64,000 nt of DNA from the IMG/VR virus record IMGVR_UViG_3300042321_002027. The stretch is one strand, 5' to 3'. The notes under the pieces are model-generated. The model did not search any database, was not told where the DNA came from, and saw nothing but the letters and a program-made list of their open reading frames with translations. Positions 1-9,191 of this stretch are shown here, one piece after another (position 1 is the stretch's first letter; the number at the start of each line of letters is the position of its first letter). The position numbers and the translations under genes were made by a program. Source of the DNA: a virus.

Positions 1-322
1 AAACCAAGGTGGTATTAAAAAATCTCATGAATCTTTCATGAAAAACATTGGTCAATTAAGACAAGCAAAAGATAAGGCAAGAGAAGCAGCAAAACCTTTA
101 TCTGCTGCAGCAGGTTTACTTTCTTCCGTAGGAGCTTTATCAGGGGCGGTTGGTGCTGTTTCTGGAGCTGTTGGTGCAGTATCAGGTGCAGTAGGGGCTG
201 TTTCCGGAGCTGTTGGTGCTGTAAGCTCTATTTCTTCTGTCTCTAGTGCAGTTTCCGCTGCACAAACTGTTGTAAAATCAACAGAACACGTGAAATCTTT
301 ATATAACACTATTACGAGTTAA
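1..322 (+). CDS. 3' end of a hypothetical baseplate-region protein with VGAVSGA heptad repeats (probably starts before the window)
   Basis: The frame is open from nt 2 to the stop at 320-322. The ORF track calls it from the ATG at 38. It lies directly upstream of the gp5-like gene. Confidence 0.55.
   Translation, partial: NQGGIKKSHESFMKNIGQLRQAKDKAREAAKPLSAAAGLLSSVGALSGAVGAVSGAVGAVSGAVGAVSGAVGAVSSISSVSSAVSAAQTVVKSTEHVKSLYNTITS
128..226 (+). repeat. 21-nt coding tandem repeat, ~4.7 copies (VGA[LV]SGA)
   Basis: Visible in DNA and protein; third codon positions are diverged. Confidence 0.85.
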
Positions 323-325
323 AAT

Positions 326-1129
326 ATGGTAGATACTAACAAAAAATTACCTAAGCACGGTTGGGATGATGAAATTGTTCCAGAACAAGGTTGGGTTACT
401 GGCGAACAAGACATCCTCGGCAGCAAAAACTTCAAATATGCTAATCCTGACAAACCAGAGGATTTTAGCACACAGAAGGTTTCTGCTACAGGCTCTTATG
501 GAACTACGCAATACGATAAAAACAAAAAAGAAATCGTAACAAACTTATGCGTTGGAGAAATTCGAGGATATACAGCAGGTGGTTGTTCTTCACAAACAGA
601 TGGCCATAAAGACACTAGTGTAGATTCTACTTATCGTGAAAATTGTACAGGAGACAAAGGTGTTTCGAGCAAATCAAGCTTTGAAGCCGCTACAAACAGT
701 AAATATTCTTCAATATCAGGTTCTTATTATACATTTACAGTCGGACCAAGATCAGAGTCTAAAACGTTTAATGGTACAGACGGAGACGTTGCAGAAGAAT
801 TTTCCGGACATCGCCATTCTGCATACGAAAAAGATAAGGTAGAAGCAGTCAAAGGTAACAAAGTTACCATGATTGAGGAAGGCGATTACGCCATTCATAC
901 TAGTAAAGGTAATTTTGACTTACAAGTAAGTGAAGGCAAGCTTCACTTAATGACTTCTGCTGACGACTTAATCGCTAATAGTAATGTTAAAGTTTTATTG
1001 CAGGTTGGAAATCAGTCAAAAGTTACAGTTGAACCTTCTAAAGTTAGACTAGAAGTTGGTGGTGGTTCTTATATTGAAATTACTTCCGGAAGTATAAAAA
1101 TGGTTTCTCCTCGTATTGACTTAAATTGA
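326..1129 (+). CDS. gp5: gp5-like baseplate hub/needle, C-terminal beta-helix part
   Basis: Repetitive beta-strand pattern (VKGNKVTMIEEGDY...), ends in RIDLN as T4-like gp5 spikes do, lies upstream of PAAR and gp25. Confidence 0.6.
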   Translation: MVDTNKKLPKHGWDDEIVPEQGWVTGEQDILGSKNFKYANPDKPEDFSTQKVSATGSYGTTQYDKNKKEIVTNLCVGEIRGYTAGGCSSQTDGHKDTSVDSTYRENCTGDKGVSSKSSFEAATNSKYSSISGSYYTFTVGPRSESKTFNGTDGDVAEEFSGHRHSAYEKDKVEAVKGNKVTMIEEGDYAIHTSKGNFDLQVSEGKLHLMTSADDLIANSNVKVLLQVGNQSKVTVEPSKVRLEVGGGSYIEITSGSIKMVSPRIDLN

Positions 1130-1139
1130 TGGAGGATAT

Positions 1140-1343
1140 ATGGCTCATCAATTTGTTATTTTAAAAAATGGAACTTTAGAAACTTACGATAAATATGAAG
1201 ATATACCTGAAGAATTTGATAACCTTATTAAATTTTTACCCGACATACCTGATGGTCCGCACACACACGAACAACATGAAGAAATTGATAGTTGGAATGA
1301 AAAACTAAAAGAATTGTTAAAGAAAGAAAAAAATTGCCAATAA
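1140..1343 (+). CDS. small hypothetical protein
   Basis: Strong SD (GGAGG) before the ATG; fills the gap between gp5-like and the next gene. Confidence 0.7.
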   Translation: MAHQFVILKNGTLETYDKYEDIPEEFDNLIKFLPDIPDGPHTHEQHEEIDSWNEKLKELLKKEKNCQ

Positions 1344-1786
1344 TAGCTTCTCCAGCTTCTGTACTGACTAGCGTTGAAAGATATCAAACATTTACCGAGA
1401 CTATTACTTTTTCTGCTGATGCTGGCGAAGTAATATCCAGTGCTAATTGCGTAAAGGGGTTTGTAGATAGCGAGGTTTTAGTTACTAACGGAGTTTCTAC
1501 TGTTGTAATAAGCGGCAAGCACACAACAGCGTTTGGGCAAGATGAAGTAAAATATGTAGAAAAAGGAAGTAGCGACAAACTACAGACTCCTAGCGTGGTT
1601 TACAAGTTTTCTGACGTTCCAGCAAACAAAGATTTATTCGAGGTCAATCAAGACCCTTCTGAAGGTATAACAAGAACTTACACAGTAAATGTCACTCATA
1701 GTGCAGGATCAAACACTTTCGTTTTTTCTCAATTTGTAGATAATGATGTATCAGCAGGATATAACTTTTTACAGGATTACTATTAA
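1334..1786 (+). CDS. hypothetical virion protein (beta-rich)
   Basis: 150-aa ORF with TTG start; stop overlaps the PAAR start (TAATG). Confidence 0.6.
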   Translation: MPIIASPASVLTSVERYQTFTETITFSADAGEVISSANCVKGFVDSEVLVTNGVSTVVISGKHTTAFGQDEVKYVEKGSSDKLQTPSVVYKFSDVPANKDLFEVNQDPSEGITRTYTVNVTHSAGSNTFVFSQFVDNDVSAGYNFLQDYY

Positions 1787-2076
1787 TGCCAGCAGCAACT
1801 AGAATAGGTGATGCAGATGTTTCGCATTGCTCAGGTATGGTAAGAGCGCAAGGCTCCCCTAATGTTTTTGTTAATGGTAGAGCTTGGTCTAGACAAGGGG
1901 ACAATAATACAGTTCATTTGCTCCCTGGAGATCCTTGTAGACCTCACGCAGCTCCGATAGCTGTTGGTTCTTCGAAAGTATTTGTTAACGGTAAAGGCGC
2001 TGGTAGAATTGGTGATGCAATTGCCGGCTGTACTTCTGTGGCGGCTGGTTCATCTAACGTATTTGCAGGTGGATAA
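1786..2076 (+). CDS. PAAR-repeat spike-tip protein (gp5.4-like)
   Basis: MPAATRIGD, GSPNVFVNG, GAGRIGD motifs and Cys/His metal ligands. Confidence 0.9.
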   Translation: MPAATRIGDADVSHCSGMVRAQGSPNVFVNGRAWSRQGDNNTVHLLPGDPCRPHAAPIAVGSSKVFVNGKGAGRIGDAIAGCTSVAAGSSNVFAGG

Positions 2077-2507
2077 TGACTAGACTTTCTAGAGCAGAAA
2101 CCTTAATTGGTGGTAACAATAGAAAAATAGAGTATTACTCTGATTTCACCACAAGTTTTACAAAAACTCCTGTTGGCGATCAGTTAGCTCGAGTAATTAA
2201 TGAAAAGTCGATAAATCAGTCTTTGAAAAATTTAATTCTCACGAATTTGGGTGAAAGATTATTTCAACCGTATATTGGTTCTAATGTTCTTGCGACTTTA
2301 TTTGAACTCAACAATGGTGAAAATTTAAATGACGTAGAATTTTACATTGAAAACACAATTAAAAACAACGAAAGAAGAGTAAATTTGCTCGGCGTTGATG
2401 TTTCTTTGGGCGATAACGAAAATGAAGTGAAAATATCGATTGTGTACAATACAATAAATAGTCCAGAACAAATAACATTTGAGTACATTTTAAGAAGAGT
2501 TCGATAA
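2076..2507 (+). CDS. gp25: baseplate wedge subunit gp25
   Basis: SINQSLKNLILTNLGERLFQPYIGS motif; synteny. Confidence 0.9.
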   Translation: MTRLSRAETLIGGNNRKIEYYSDFTTSFTKTPVGDQLARVINEKSINQSLKNLILTNLGERLFQPYIGSNVLATLFELNNGENLNDVEFYIENTIKNNERRVNLLGVDVSLGDNENEVKISIVYNTINSPEQITFEYILRRVR

Positions 2508-4364
2508 ATGGCCACAAACAGCCCACTAACACTAAGTTCTATTGATTTTGATACATTAAAAGAAAATTTTAAAGAATTTTTAAAAACGCAATCAGTATTT
2601 AAAGATTACGATTTTGATGGTTCAAACATCAATGTTCTTCTTGATGTTATGTCTTATAATTCTTTTCTTAATGCATTTTACCTTAATATGGTTGCATCAG
2701 AAATGTTTCTTGATTCAGCTCAAAAGTACGATTCCGTAATTTCTCACGCAAAAGAGTTAAACTATCTTCCAAGAAGTGCAAAATCTTCTATAGCAGAGAT
2801 TAATCTTTCATTACAAACCACAATAAACAGTGGTAAATTGAATATCCCAAAAGGCACCAGATTTTCTGGGTTTAACGCTAATGGTTCCTTTACTTTCACT
2901 ACAGACCAATCAAAAGTTCTTTCTTCAGGATCAAACACATTCACTACAGCTAATCTTTTGATTTACGAAGGCGATTATTACAAAGATTCTTTTGTAGTCG
3001 ATTATAGCATCGAAAATCAGCAGTTTATTTTAACTAACAAAAACATAGACGTTAATAGCCTTACTTTAAATGTTGTAGAAAACAACGGTTCTTCTAATAC
3101 AGAGTTTAAAAGAGTAGAAACTTTGTTCGGATTAAATGGTCAATCTAATGTTTACTTTTTGCAAGGTGCGCAAAGCGATAGTTATGAAATTGTATTTGGA
3201 GACAGCTTGTTTGGTAGAAAACCTCAAGACGGAGCAGTTTTAAATGCAAATTATAGAGTTTCTTCTGGTATAGATGCTGATGGTATAACTGTATTCAGTT
3301 TACAAGACGATTTTGGACCAATTAATAGCGGTCAAATTACTTCATCGACAATAACTCTTGTTTCTTCGTCTTCTGGTGGTTCCGAAAAAGAAAATATGGA
3401 TTCAGTGAGATTTTCAGCGCCAAGATATTTTGCGACTCAACAGAGAGCTATTTCTTCGGACGATTACAAGAGTTTGGTTCTTGTTAACTTTGGTGGTGAA
3501 ATATCAGACGTTACTGTCTATGGTGGTCAAGAAATAGAGCCTAAGTTATATGGCAGAGTAATTGTAGCTGTAAAGCCAACAACAGGAACAATTGCTCCAA
3601 ATTATATTAAAAATAAAATTTATAATTATTTACAAGATTATATTGCTCTTCCAAATAGAATTGTAATAACCGATCCCGAATACACATATTGTGATATATT
3701 TACTGAAGTTCAATATGACCCTAAAAGCACAACAAAAACACCATCTGAAATTCAAACTGCAGTTTTAAGCTCAATTTTAAATTACAGTTCAAATAACTTA
3801 GAAAAGTTTGCTAATGATTTAAGATATAGCAGATTGACAGCTTCTATAGATTCGGCTGACTCAAGTATTACAAGTAATGACACAGAACTTAGAATAATTA
3901 AGAGAATTGTTCCTAATTTCAATCAAGATACTACGTACAACATTTCAGTAGGAAACGTTTTGTACTATGACGCAAGTATTTTTTCTGATAATGCTCAACA
4001 CAAACAACTCCATGACTCTGAAATAGATGCAAGATATGCTCACGCTACTTTAATATCTTCTAATTTTACATATAATGCTAATGATGGAAAAGTTTATGAA
4101 CTTGCGTTTTTCGAAGATGACGCTAAAGGTAATATTTTGTTATATGCTCCTATAGGAACTACGCTTTTACCTATAGAAACTGTCGGCACTATAGATTATG
4201 CGACAGGAAATATAAATTTAAATGAGATTAATGTGGCAAGTTATTCAAACTATATCTCATTGTACATCAGATCTAGATTTAAAGACATATACGCTGCACA
4301 AAATAAAATTATATCAATCGATCCTAATGATGTAACTATCTCTGTAATAGAAACGCAAAGATAA
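2508..4364 (+). CDS. gp6: baseplate wedge subunit gp6
   Basis: DFDTLKENFKEFL..Q..FKDYDFDGS, FLDSAQ, APRYFATQQRAISSDDY motifs. Confidence 0.93.
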   Translation: MATNSPLTLSSIDFDTLKENFKEFLKTQSVFKDYDFDGSNINVLLDVMSYNSFLNAFYLNMVASEMFLDSAQKYDSVISHAKELNYLPRSAKSSIAEINLSLQTTINSGKLNIPKGTRFSGFNANGSFTFTTDQSKVLSSGSNTFTTANLLIYEGDYYKDSFVVDYSIENQQFILTNKNIDVNSLTLNVVENNGSSNTEFKRVETLFGLNGQSNVYFLQGAQSDSYEIVFGDSLFGRKPQDGAVLNANYRVSSGIDADGITVFSLQDDFGPINSGQITSSTITLVSSSSGGSEKENMDSVRFSAPRYFATQQRAISSDDYKSLVLVNFGGEISDVTVYGGQEIEPKLYGRVIVAVKPTTGTIAPNYIKNKIYNYLQDYIALPNRIVITDPEYTYCDIFTEVQYDPKSTTKTPSEIQTAVLSSILNYSSNNLEKFANDLRYSRLTASIDSADSSITSNDTELRIIKRIVPNFNQDTTYNISVGNVLYYDASIFSDNAQHKQLHDSEIDARYAHATLISSNFTYNANDGKVYELAFFEDDAKGNILLYAPIGTTLLPIETVGTIDYATGNINLNEINVASYSNYISLYIRSRFKDIYAAQNKIISIDPNDVTISVIETQR

Positions 4365-6772
4365 TGAAGTTTCAAGAAGAAAAATTTATCTCTAATTTCA
4401 TCAAGAATCAGTTCCCTGCTTTTTACCAAGAAGAGGGTCCAGACTTTGTATTGTTTTTAAAAGCATATTATGAGTGGATGGAATCTTCTGAACAGCCAAT
4501 TTATCAAGCAAGAAGGTTGTTTGATTACAGAGATATTGATAATACTTTAGAAAGCTTTTTAGAGTATTTCCAAAAGAAATATTTGTACGGCATTCCTTTC
4601 AATGTTATTGCTAATAAAAGATTTCTATTGAAACACATTTTGGACGTTTACCGTTCAAAAGGAACTATACAGTGTTATAGATTACTTTTTAAACTGCTGT
4701 ATAATGAAGATATTGAAGTTTATCTTCCCGGTAAAGACGTTCTCAGGGTTTCCGACGGCACTTGGGTTGAGCCAAAGTACCTAGAAGTAACAGACAATGA
4801 AAATTTATCGAATTATGTCGGCAAAACTATTATCGGCGCGACTTCTAAAGTAACAGCCACAGTTGAAAACTTTGTTAGAGAAAACTACAACAACGACATA
4901 ATCAACATTTTATACATTTCGAATATTTTGCCAAGAAAAAAAGAATTCGAAATTAATGAAAAGATAGTTTTGCTTGATGATGAAGAAAACACAGAGGCCA
5001 TCAACCTAGCACCAACTTTGTTGGGCTCTTTAAATAGAATATCAATTGTTAGTGGTGGTCAAGATTATAATATCGGAGATGTTATTAAAATTGTTCATAG
5101 AGATTTAACTAATAACGATGTGATCTCTTATGGTGTTGATGGTATATTAACAGTAACCAAGTTATTCACAGGATTTGGTTCTTTAAGATATGATCTTGTT
5201 GATGGCGGATTTGGTTATACTGCAAACTCGCTAGTGTTCCTTTACAAAACAAGTGCTGCTGGTCGTGGCGCTTCGTTGTCTATTGATTCGTTAACGTCAC
5301 AGCAACTCGTAGAATATAACACAGATATTTTATATGATTATTTGACTCTTCCGCTAAATGCGCCCAATTATGGGTTCCCATTAAATCCTTCAGCAAATAT
5401 AGAAAATACTTTAACAACAACTTTAAGTTATAACACAGAACTTTTTGGTAGTATTTTAGGATTTGGTAACGTTTCTATCGGCAATTCTTATGAAACTGCC
5501 GTAAATGTATTCGTAAGATCGGTGATAACTTCGAATCCGTTGCCTGGAACATTAACTTACAACACAACGTCAAATACTGTTTCTGGAGTTGGTACATCAT
5601 TTGACCTCTATCAAAATAATGACGTTATTGCTTTGCAAGCAAATTCTTCAAATGCTTCAACTATGGAATATGCTGTAATTAGAACTGCAGTTTCTTCTTC
5701 AGAGTTGACTTTATATGGACCACCAACTATAAATTCAACTGCTTCTGCTCAGTATAGACTTGCTCCTACAATTTTACCTTCTGGGTTTGCAAGATATGAA
5801 GACATTATGTATACCAATGATGGTTCATTGGTTGGTGAAAACGAACTTATTCTGGCTTATCCGAACACTGGTAATAACATCGTATTAGAAGCCGAAGCTA
5901 TCAATTCTGGTAAAGGCTATGTACAAAGCGAACAAGTAAGAGCATATATACACTCTAGTGTTTCCAATGTAGTAACTATATCTAGCACAGGTTCCGGATA
6001 TGCAGAAAACGAACAGCTACTGTTCGTTGGCGGTGATCCCTCATTCATAGCCAATGGTTACGTTTCATCAGTTGATGGAAATGGCGCTATATCAGATGTA
6101 ACAATAACATATGGCGGTTCCGGTTATAAAGAAATACCAGAAATAAGAGTTTCTACAGCAAATGGTTCAGGTGCACGTTTAGAATCTTCTTTGGTAGAAT
6201 TTGACACCGTAGGTGACGTATCAGAAAAAATTATTAGAGCAAGAGTAATTAAAGGACCAATTGGTAGAGGCACAGGTTATTACTCTACTACTAGAGGATT
6301 TTTAGACTCTGATAAATATATACAAGATAGCTACTATTATCAAGATTATTCTTATGAGATAAGAGTCGCACAAACATTAAATAAATACAAAGATATAATA
6401 TACGATACATTCCACAGTTCTGGTTCGGAGTTATTTGGTAAGTATTTAAAATTCTTATATGGTACATCGACAGCCAATTTAGTTTTTGATTCTGTTACCA
6501 TTTTTCCTAGCCCATGGTCGACAGATTCAGGTAATAGTATACCGGCGCTGGTTAATACTACTGATAAAACTGCTGATATCACTGTTTTTGGTGTTTATTT
6601 TGCCAATTCAGTAAAATCAGATGCAACCATATTAAATTATTCTAGTTTTTTAAGCGCGGACAGAACAACTGTAACAGCGGATGATCGTAGAGTTATTTCT
6701 TACCTCTTAGCTTCTGAGACAAAATACAGAGCAGATGAGGGTAGAATCATAGTTAATAGATATTACGTTTAA
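4364..6772 (+). CDS. gp7: baseplate wedge initiator gp7-like
   Basis: QFPAFYQEE..FVLFLKAYYEWME, YRSKGT, IQDSYYYQDYSYEI motifs; follows gp6. Confidence 0.8.
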   Translation: MKFQEEKFISNFIKNQFPAFYQEEGPDFVLFLKAYYEWMESSEQPIYQARRLFDYRDIDNTLESFLEYFQKKYLYGIPFNVIANKRFLLKHILDVYRSKGTIQCYRLLFKLLYNEDIEVYLPGKDVLRVSDGTWVEPKYLEVTDNENLSNYVGKTIIGATSKVTATVENFVRENYNNDIINILYISNILPRKKEFEINEKIVLLDDEENTEAINLAPTLLGSLNRISIVSGGQDYNIGDVIKIVHRDLTNNDVISYGVDGILTVTKLFTGFGSLRYDLVDGGFGYTANSLVFLYKTSAAGRGASLSIDSLTSQQLVEYNTDILYDYLTLPLNAPNYGFPLNPSANIENTLTTTLSYNTELFGSILGFGNVSIGNSYETAVNVFVRSVITSNPLPGTLTYNTTSNTVSGVGTSFDLYQNNDVIALQANSSNASTMEYAVIRTAVSSSELTLYGPPTINSTASAQYRLAPTILPSGFARYEDIMYTNDGSLVGENELILAYPNTGNNIVLEAEAINSGKGYVQSEQVRAYIHSSVSNVVTISSTGSGYAENEQLLFVGGDPSFIANGYVSSVDGNGAISDVTITYGGSGYKEIPEIRVSTANGSGARLESSLVEFDTVGDVSEKIIRARVIKGPIGRGTGYYSTTRGFLDSDKYIQDSYYYQDYSYEIRVAQTLNKYKDIIYDTFHSSGSELFGKYLKFLYGTSTANLVFDSVTIFPSPWSTDSGNSIPALVNTTDKTADITVFGVYFANSVKSDATILNYSSFLSADRTTVTADDRRVISYLLASETKYRADEGRIIVNRYYV

Positions 6773-6784
6773 AGGAGAAAAACT

Positions 6785-7606
6785 TTGGCAAAGCAAACAG
6801 TCTTTATTGGTGGATCACCAAATGATGGTACAGGCGATCCAATTCGAGATGCATTTAATAAAGTAAACCAAAATTTTGACGAAGTTTATTCTTCGTATAC
6901 AGCTACTGGGGCAATTAGTATAGGTAACTCTTCAGTTAACTCTGTTGTTTCCAACACAGGTGGTTTTGTAACTTCGACTAACACCACTGTCAATACAAGT
7001 ACAGTAGCTAATACCACAGTTATTCGTATAGGAAATACTGCAGCTAATGCAACAGTAAACTCTACGCAAATTTCTATTTTTGGTAATAGTTCTTTAGGTA
7101 ATGCTACTATTAACACAATTTCTATAAACTTAGGTAACTCCTCTGTAAACTCCTCTCTAACACAAAACACGTTAAGCATTAACGCTTCTGCAACAGTCGG
7201 TGGTGTTCTTGCAAACAGCACAACAGTTTATCTTGGCAATGCAACTGTTAATTGGACAGCAAACTCTTCAAGAATTTCAATTAGAGAAGCAAACGTAACT
7301 ACAAACACTTTCAGTTTAGGTTCTTCTAGCGTAGGCTCTTCAAACTTTGCTAATGGTTATACTGTATTACCAAACGGTTTATTGTATCAGTATGGCTTTA
7401 TCGCAGCTGTTAACTCTACAGCTAACGTCACAACTTTCTCTGCAGTTGGTGGTGTAGCATTCACAAACTTATTTTCTGCATCAGTTTCTTCAAATACTGT
7501 TAATACTTACGTTGCTATTGTTGGCGCTAATTCAACTGCGATTATTTTACAAGGAAACAACGGCACTATATCAACTGGTGTGTATTGGACCGCAATAGGA
7601 AAGTAA
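6785..7606 (+). CDS. gp9/gp10-like baseplate/short fibre protein
   Basis: N-terminal MAKQ..IG..PNDGTGDPIRDAF.KVN.NF motif; C-terminal GYTVLPNGLLYQYG fibre-tip domain; TTG start with AAGGAG SD. Confidence 0.75.
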   Translation: MAKQTVFIGGSPNDGTGDPIRDAFNKVNQNFDEVYSSYTATGAISIGNSSVNSVVSNTGGFVTSTNTTVNTSTVANTTVIRIGNTAANATVNSTQISIFGNSSLGNATINTISINLGNSSVNSSLTQNTLSINASATVGGVLANSTTVYLGNATVNWTANSSRISIREANVTTNTFSLGSSSVGSSNFANGYTVLPNGLLYQYGFIAAVNSTANVTTFSAVGGVAFTNLFSASVSSNTVNTYVAIVGANSTAIILQGNNGTISTGVYWTAIGK

Positions 7607-7610
7607 TTTA

Positions 7611-9179
7611 ATGGGTAAAATCCTTCCTTCCTACAAGAAAGCAGTAATTGATGAAATAGTGGACAATGTGTTCTCGAACACATCACATTATTACGCTTTT
7701 GCTGCTAATCCTGTAGCATATCCGGGTTCCGTTCCGGAAATATCGAACGAAGATTATTCGATTAATTTCATAAACGATTGGCTGATGTTATTTGGTAAAA
7801 AGATAACATCTTCTGAGATCGTTCCAGTCATATCTAAAAAAACTTGGGCTTCTGGTCAATTTTACGATCGTTATGACAACACATCAAATACAGTGTTGGC
7901 TAATAATAATTTTTATGTTATTTCTACACCATCAGTTATTGGCGGTAATTATAACATCTATAAGTGTATCGATAATGCTAATGGTTCAGTTTCTACTATT
8001 GATCCAGGCACAATAGGATCTCCTTCGCAACCTTCGACTTTCCAAACAAGCGATGGATATAAGTGGAGATATATGTATTCTATTACGGAATATAACAACG
8101 ACAGATTTTCTTCAGAAAATTTTGTCCCTGTATACGTCAGTGCAATAGTTTCTTCAACTGCTGCATCTTATAGCGGCGTAGAAGTTGTTATGATAACAAA
8201 TTCTGGTAGTGGCTACACTGCTTATACAAATGGCATCATTAGATCTGTACAGAATTCTACAATTGTACAGATAGAAAACTATGCTTCTTCTTCTGATAAT
8301 TTTTACGTAAATAACTCAATATACATCTACAACACTGTAGAAGCAACATCACAAATCAGAACAATTACAGATTATGTTGCGAACTCTAGCGGTAAGTTTG
8401 TGTTTGTTGCCAACACCAAGCCGTTTGAAATTACTAAAATAACAAGTGGTATAACTCAATACTTGATTAGTCCCGCTGTCGTTTTCGAAACTGACGGAGA
8501 TTCCGATCCTAAAGCATATTCTATAGTTAATACATCAAACTACTCTATCTCTAACGTTGTGATGCTAGATATCGGAACTAATATTTCTTGGGCTAATGTA
8601 AAAATTCAAAGTAGCTATGGTGACGGGGCAAATGTTTATGCTATCGTTCCTCCTCCTGGAGGCCATGCATACGATCCTATTACTGAATTGAACGCTAAAG
8701 GATTAGCAATCGCGTTTAATTTTTCTAATACAGAAGGCACTTCGATACCAACCGCAAACATTTTATACAATAAAATTGGTATTATCAGAAATCCTTATTC
8801 TTTGACATCTAACCTTACTACTGGAACAATTAGTAAAGGAGATCAGTATACTACAAATACATTTAATCAAATTTTAAAAGCTTCGGTTTCTCCTTCTACT
8901 ACTTTTACTCCAGGAGATTTTGTTCTTGGCGTTAATAGCGGTGCTAGAGGAATTGTTGTGTTTTCTAATACAACACAAGTTCATATCTCTGGTGATAAGT
9001 ATTTCATTAATAATGAGGGATTAGCCAATGCTTCAGGTTCTTACGTTTGTAACATTGCTATATCTCATGTTGGTGATGTATACACCAAAGATTTAAAACC
9101 AATTTACATTGACAACATAAATAATGTCAATCGCGCAAATACGCAAACAGAAGTCTTCAAATTGACAATAGAAATTTAA
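7611..9179 (+). CDS. gp8: baseplate wedge subunit gp8
   Basis: W.SG..YD.YD, YNIYKCIDN, TSDGYKWRYMYSI, PPGGH motifs. Confidence 0.85.
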   Translation: MGKILPSYKKAVIDEIVDNVFSNTSHYYAFAANPVAYPGSVPEISNEDYSINFINDWLMLFGKKITSSEIVPVISKKTWASGQFYDRYDNTSNTVLANNNFYVISTPSVIGGNYNIYKCIDNANGSVSTIDPGTIGSPSQPSTFQTSDGYKWRYMYSITEYNNDRFSSENFVPVYVSAIVSSTAASYSGVEVVMITNSGSGYTAYTNGIIRSVQNSTIVQIENYASSSDNFYVNNSIYIYNTVEATSQIRTITDYVANSSGKFVFVANTKPFEITKITSGITQYLISPAVVFETDGDSDPKAYSIVNTSNYSISNVVMLDIGTNISWANVKIQSSYGDGANVYAIVPPPGGHAYDPITELNAKGLAIAFNFSNTEGTSIPTANILYNKIGIIRNPYSLTSNLTTGTISKGDQYTTNTFNQILKASVSPSTTFTPGDFVLGVNSGARGIVVFSNTTQVHISGDKYFINNEGLANASGSYVCNIAISHVGDVYTKDLKPIYIDNINNVNRANTQTEVFKLTIEI

Positions 9180-9191
9180 TAGGTAGTAAGT

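Noticed and set aside
128-226. 21-nt repeats as a CRISPR array
   Set aside because: No spacers; they are in-frame coding repeats with wobble variation.
2453-2460. AATAAATA inside gp25 as a late promoter for gp6
   Set aside because: Intragenic variant in AT-rich DNA; cannot be told from chance without TSS data.
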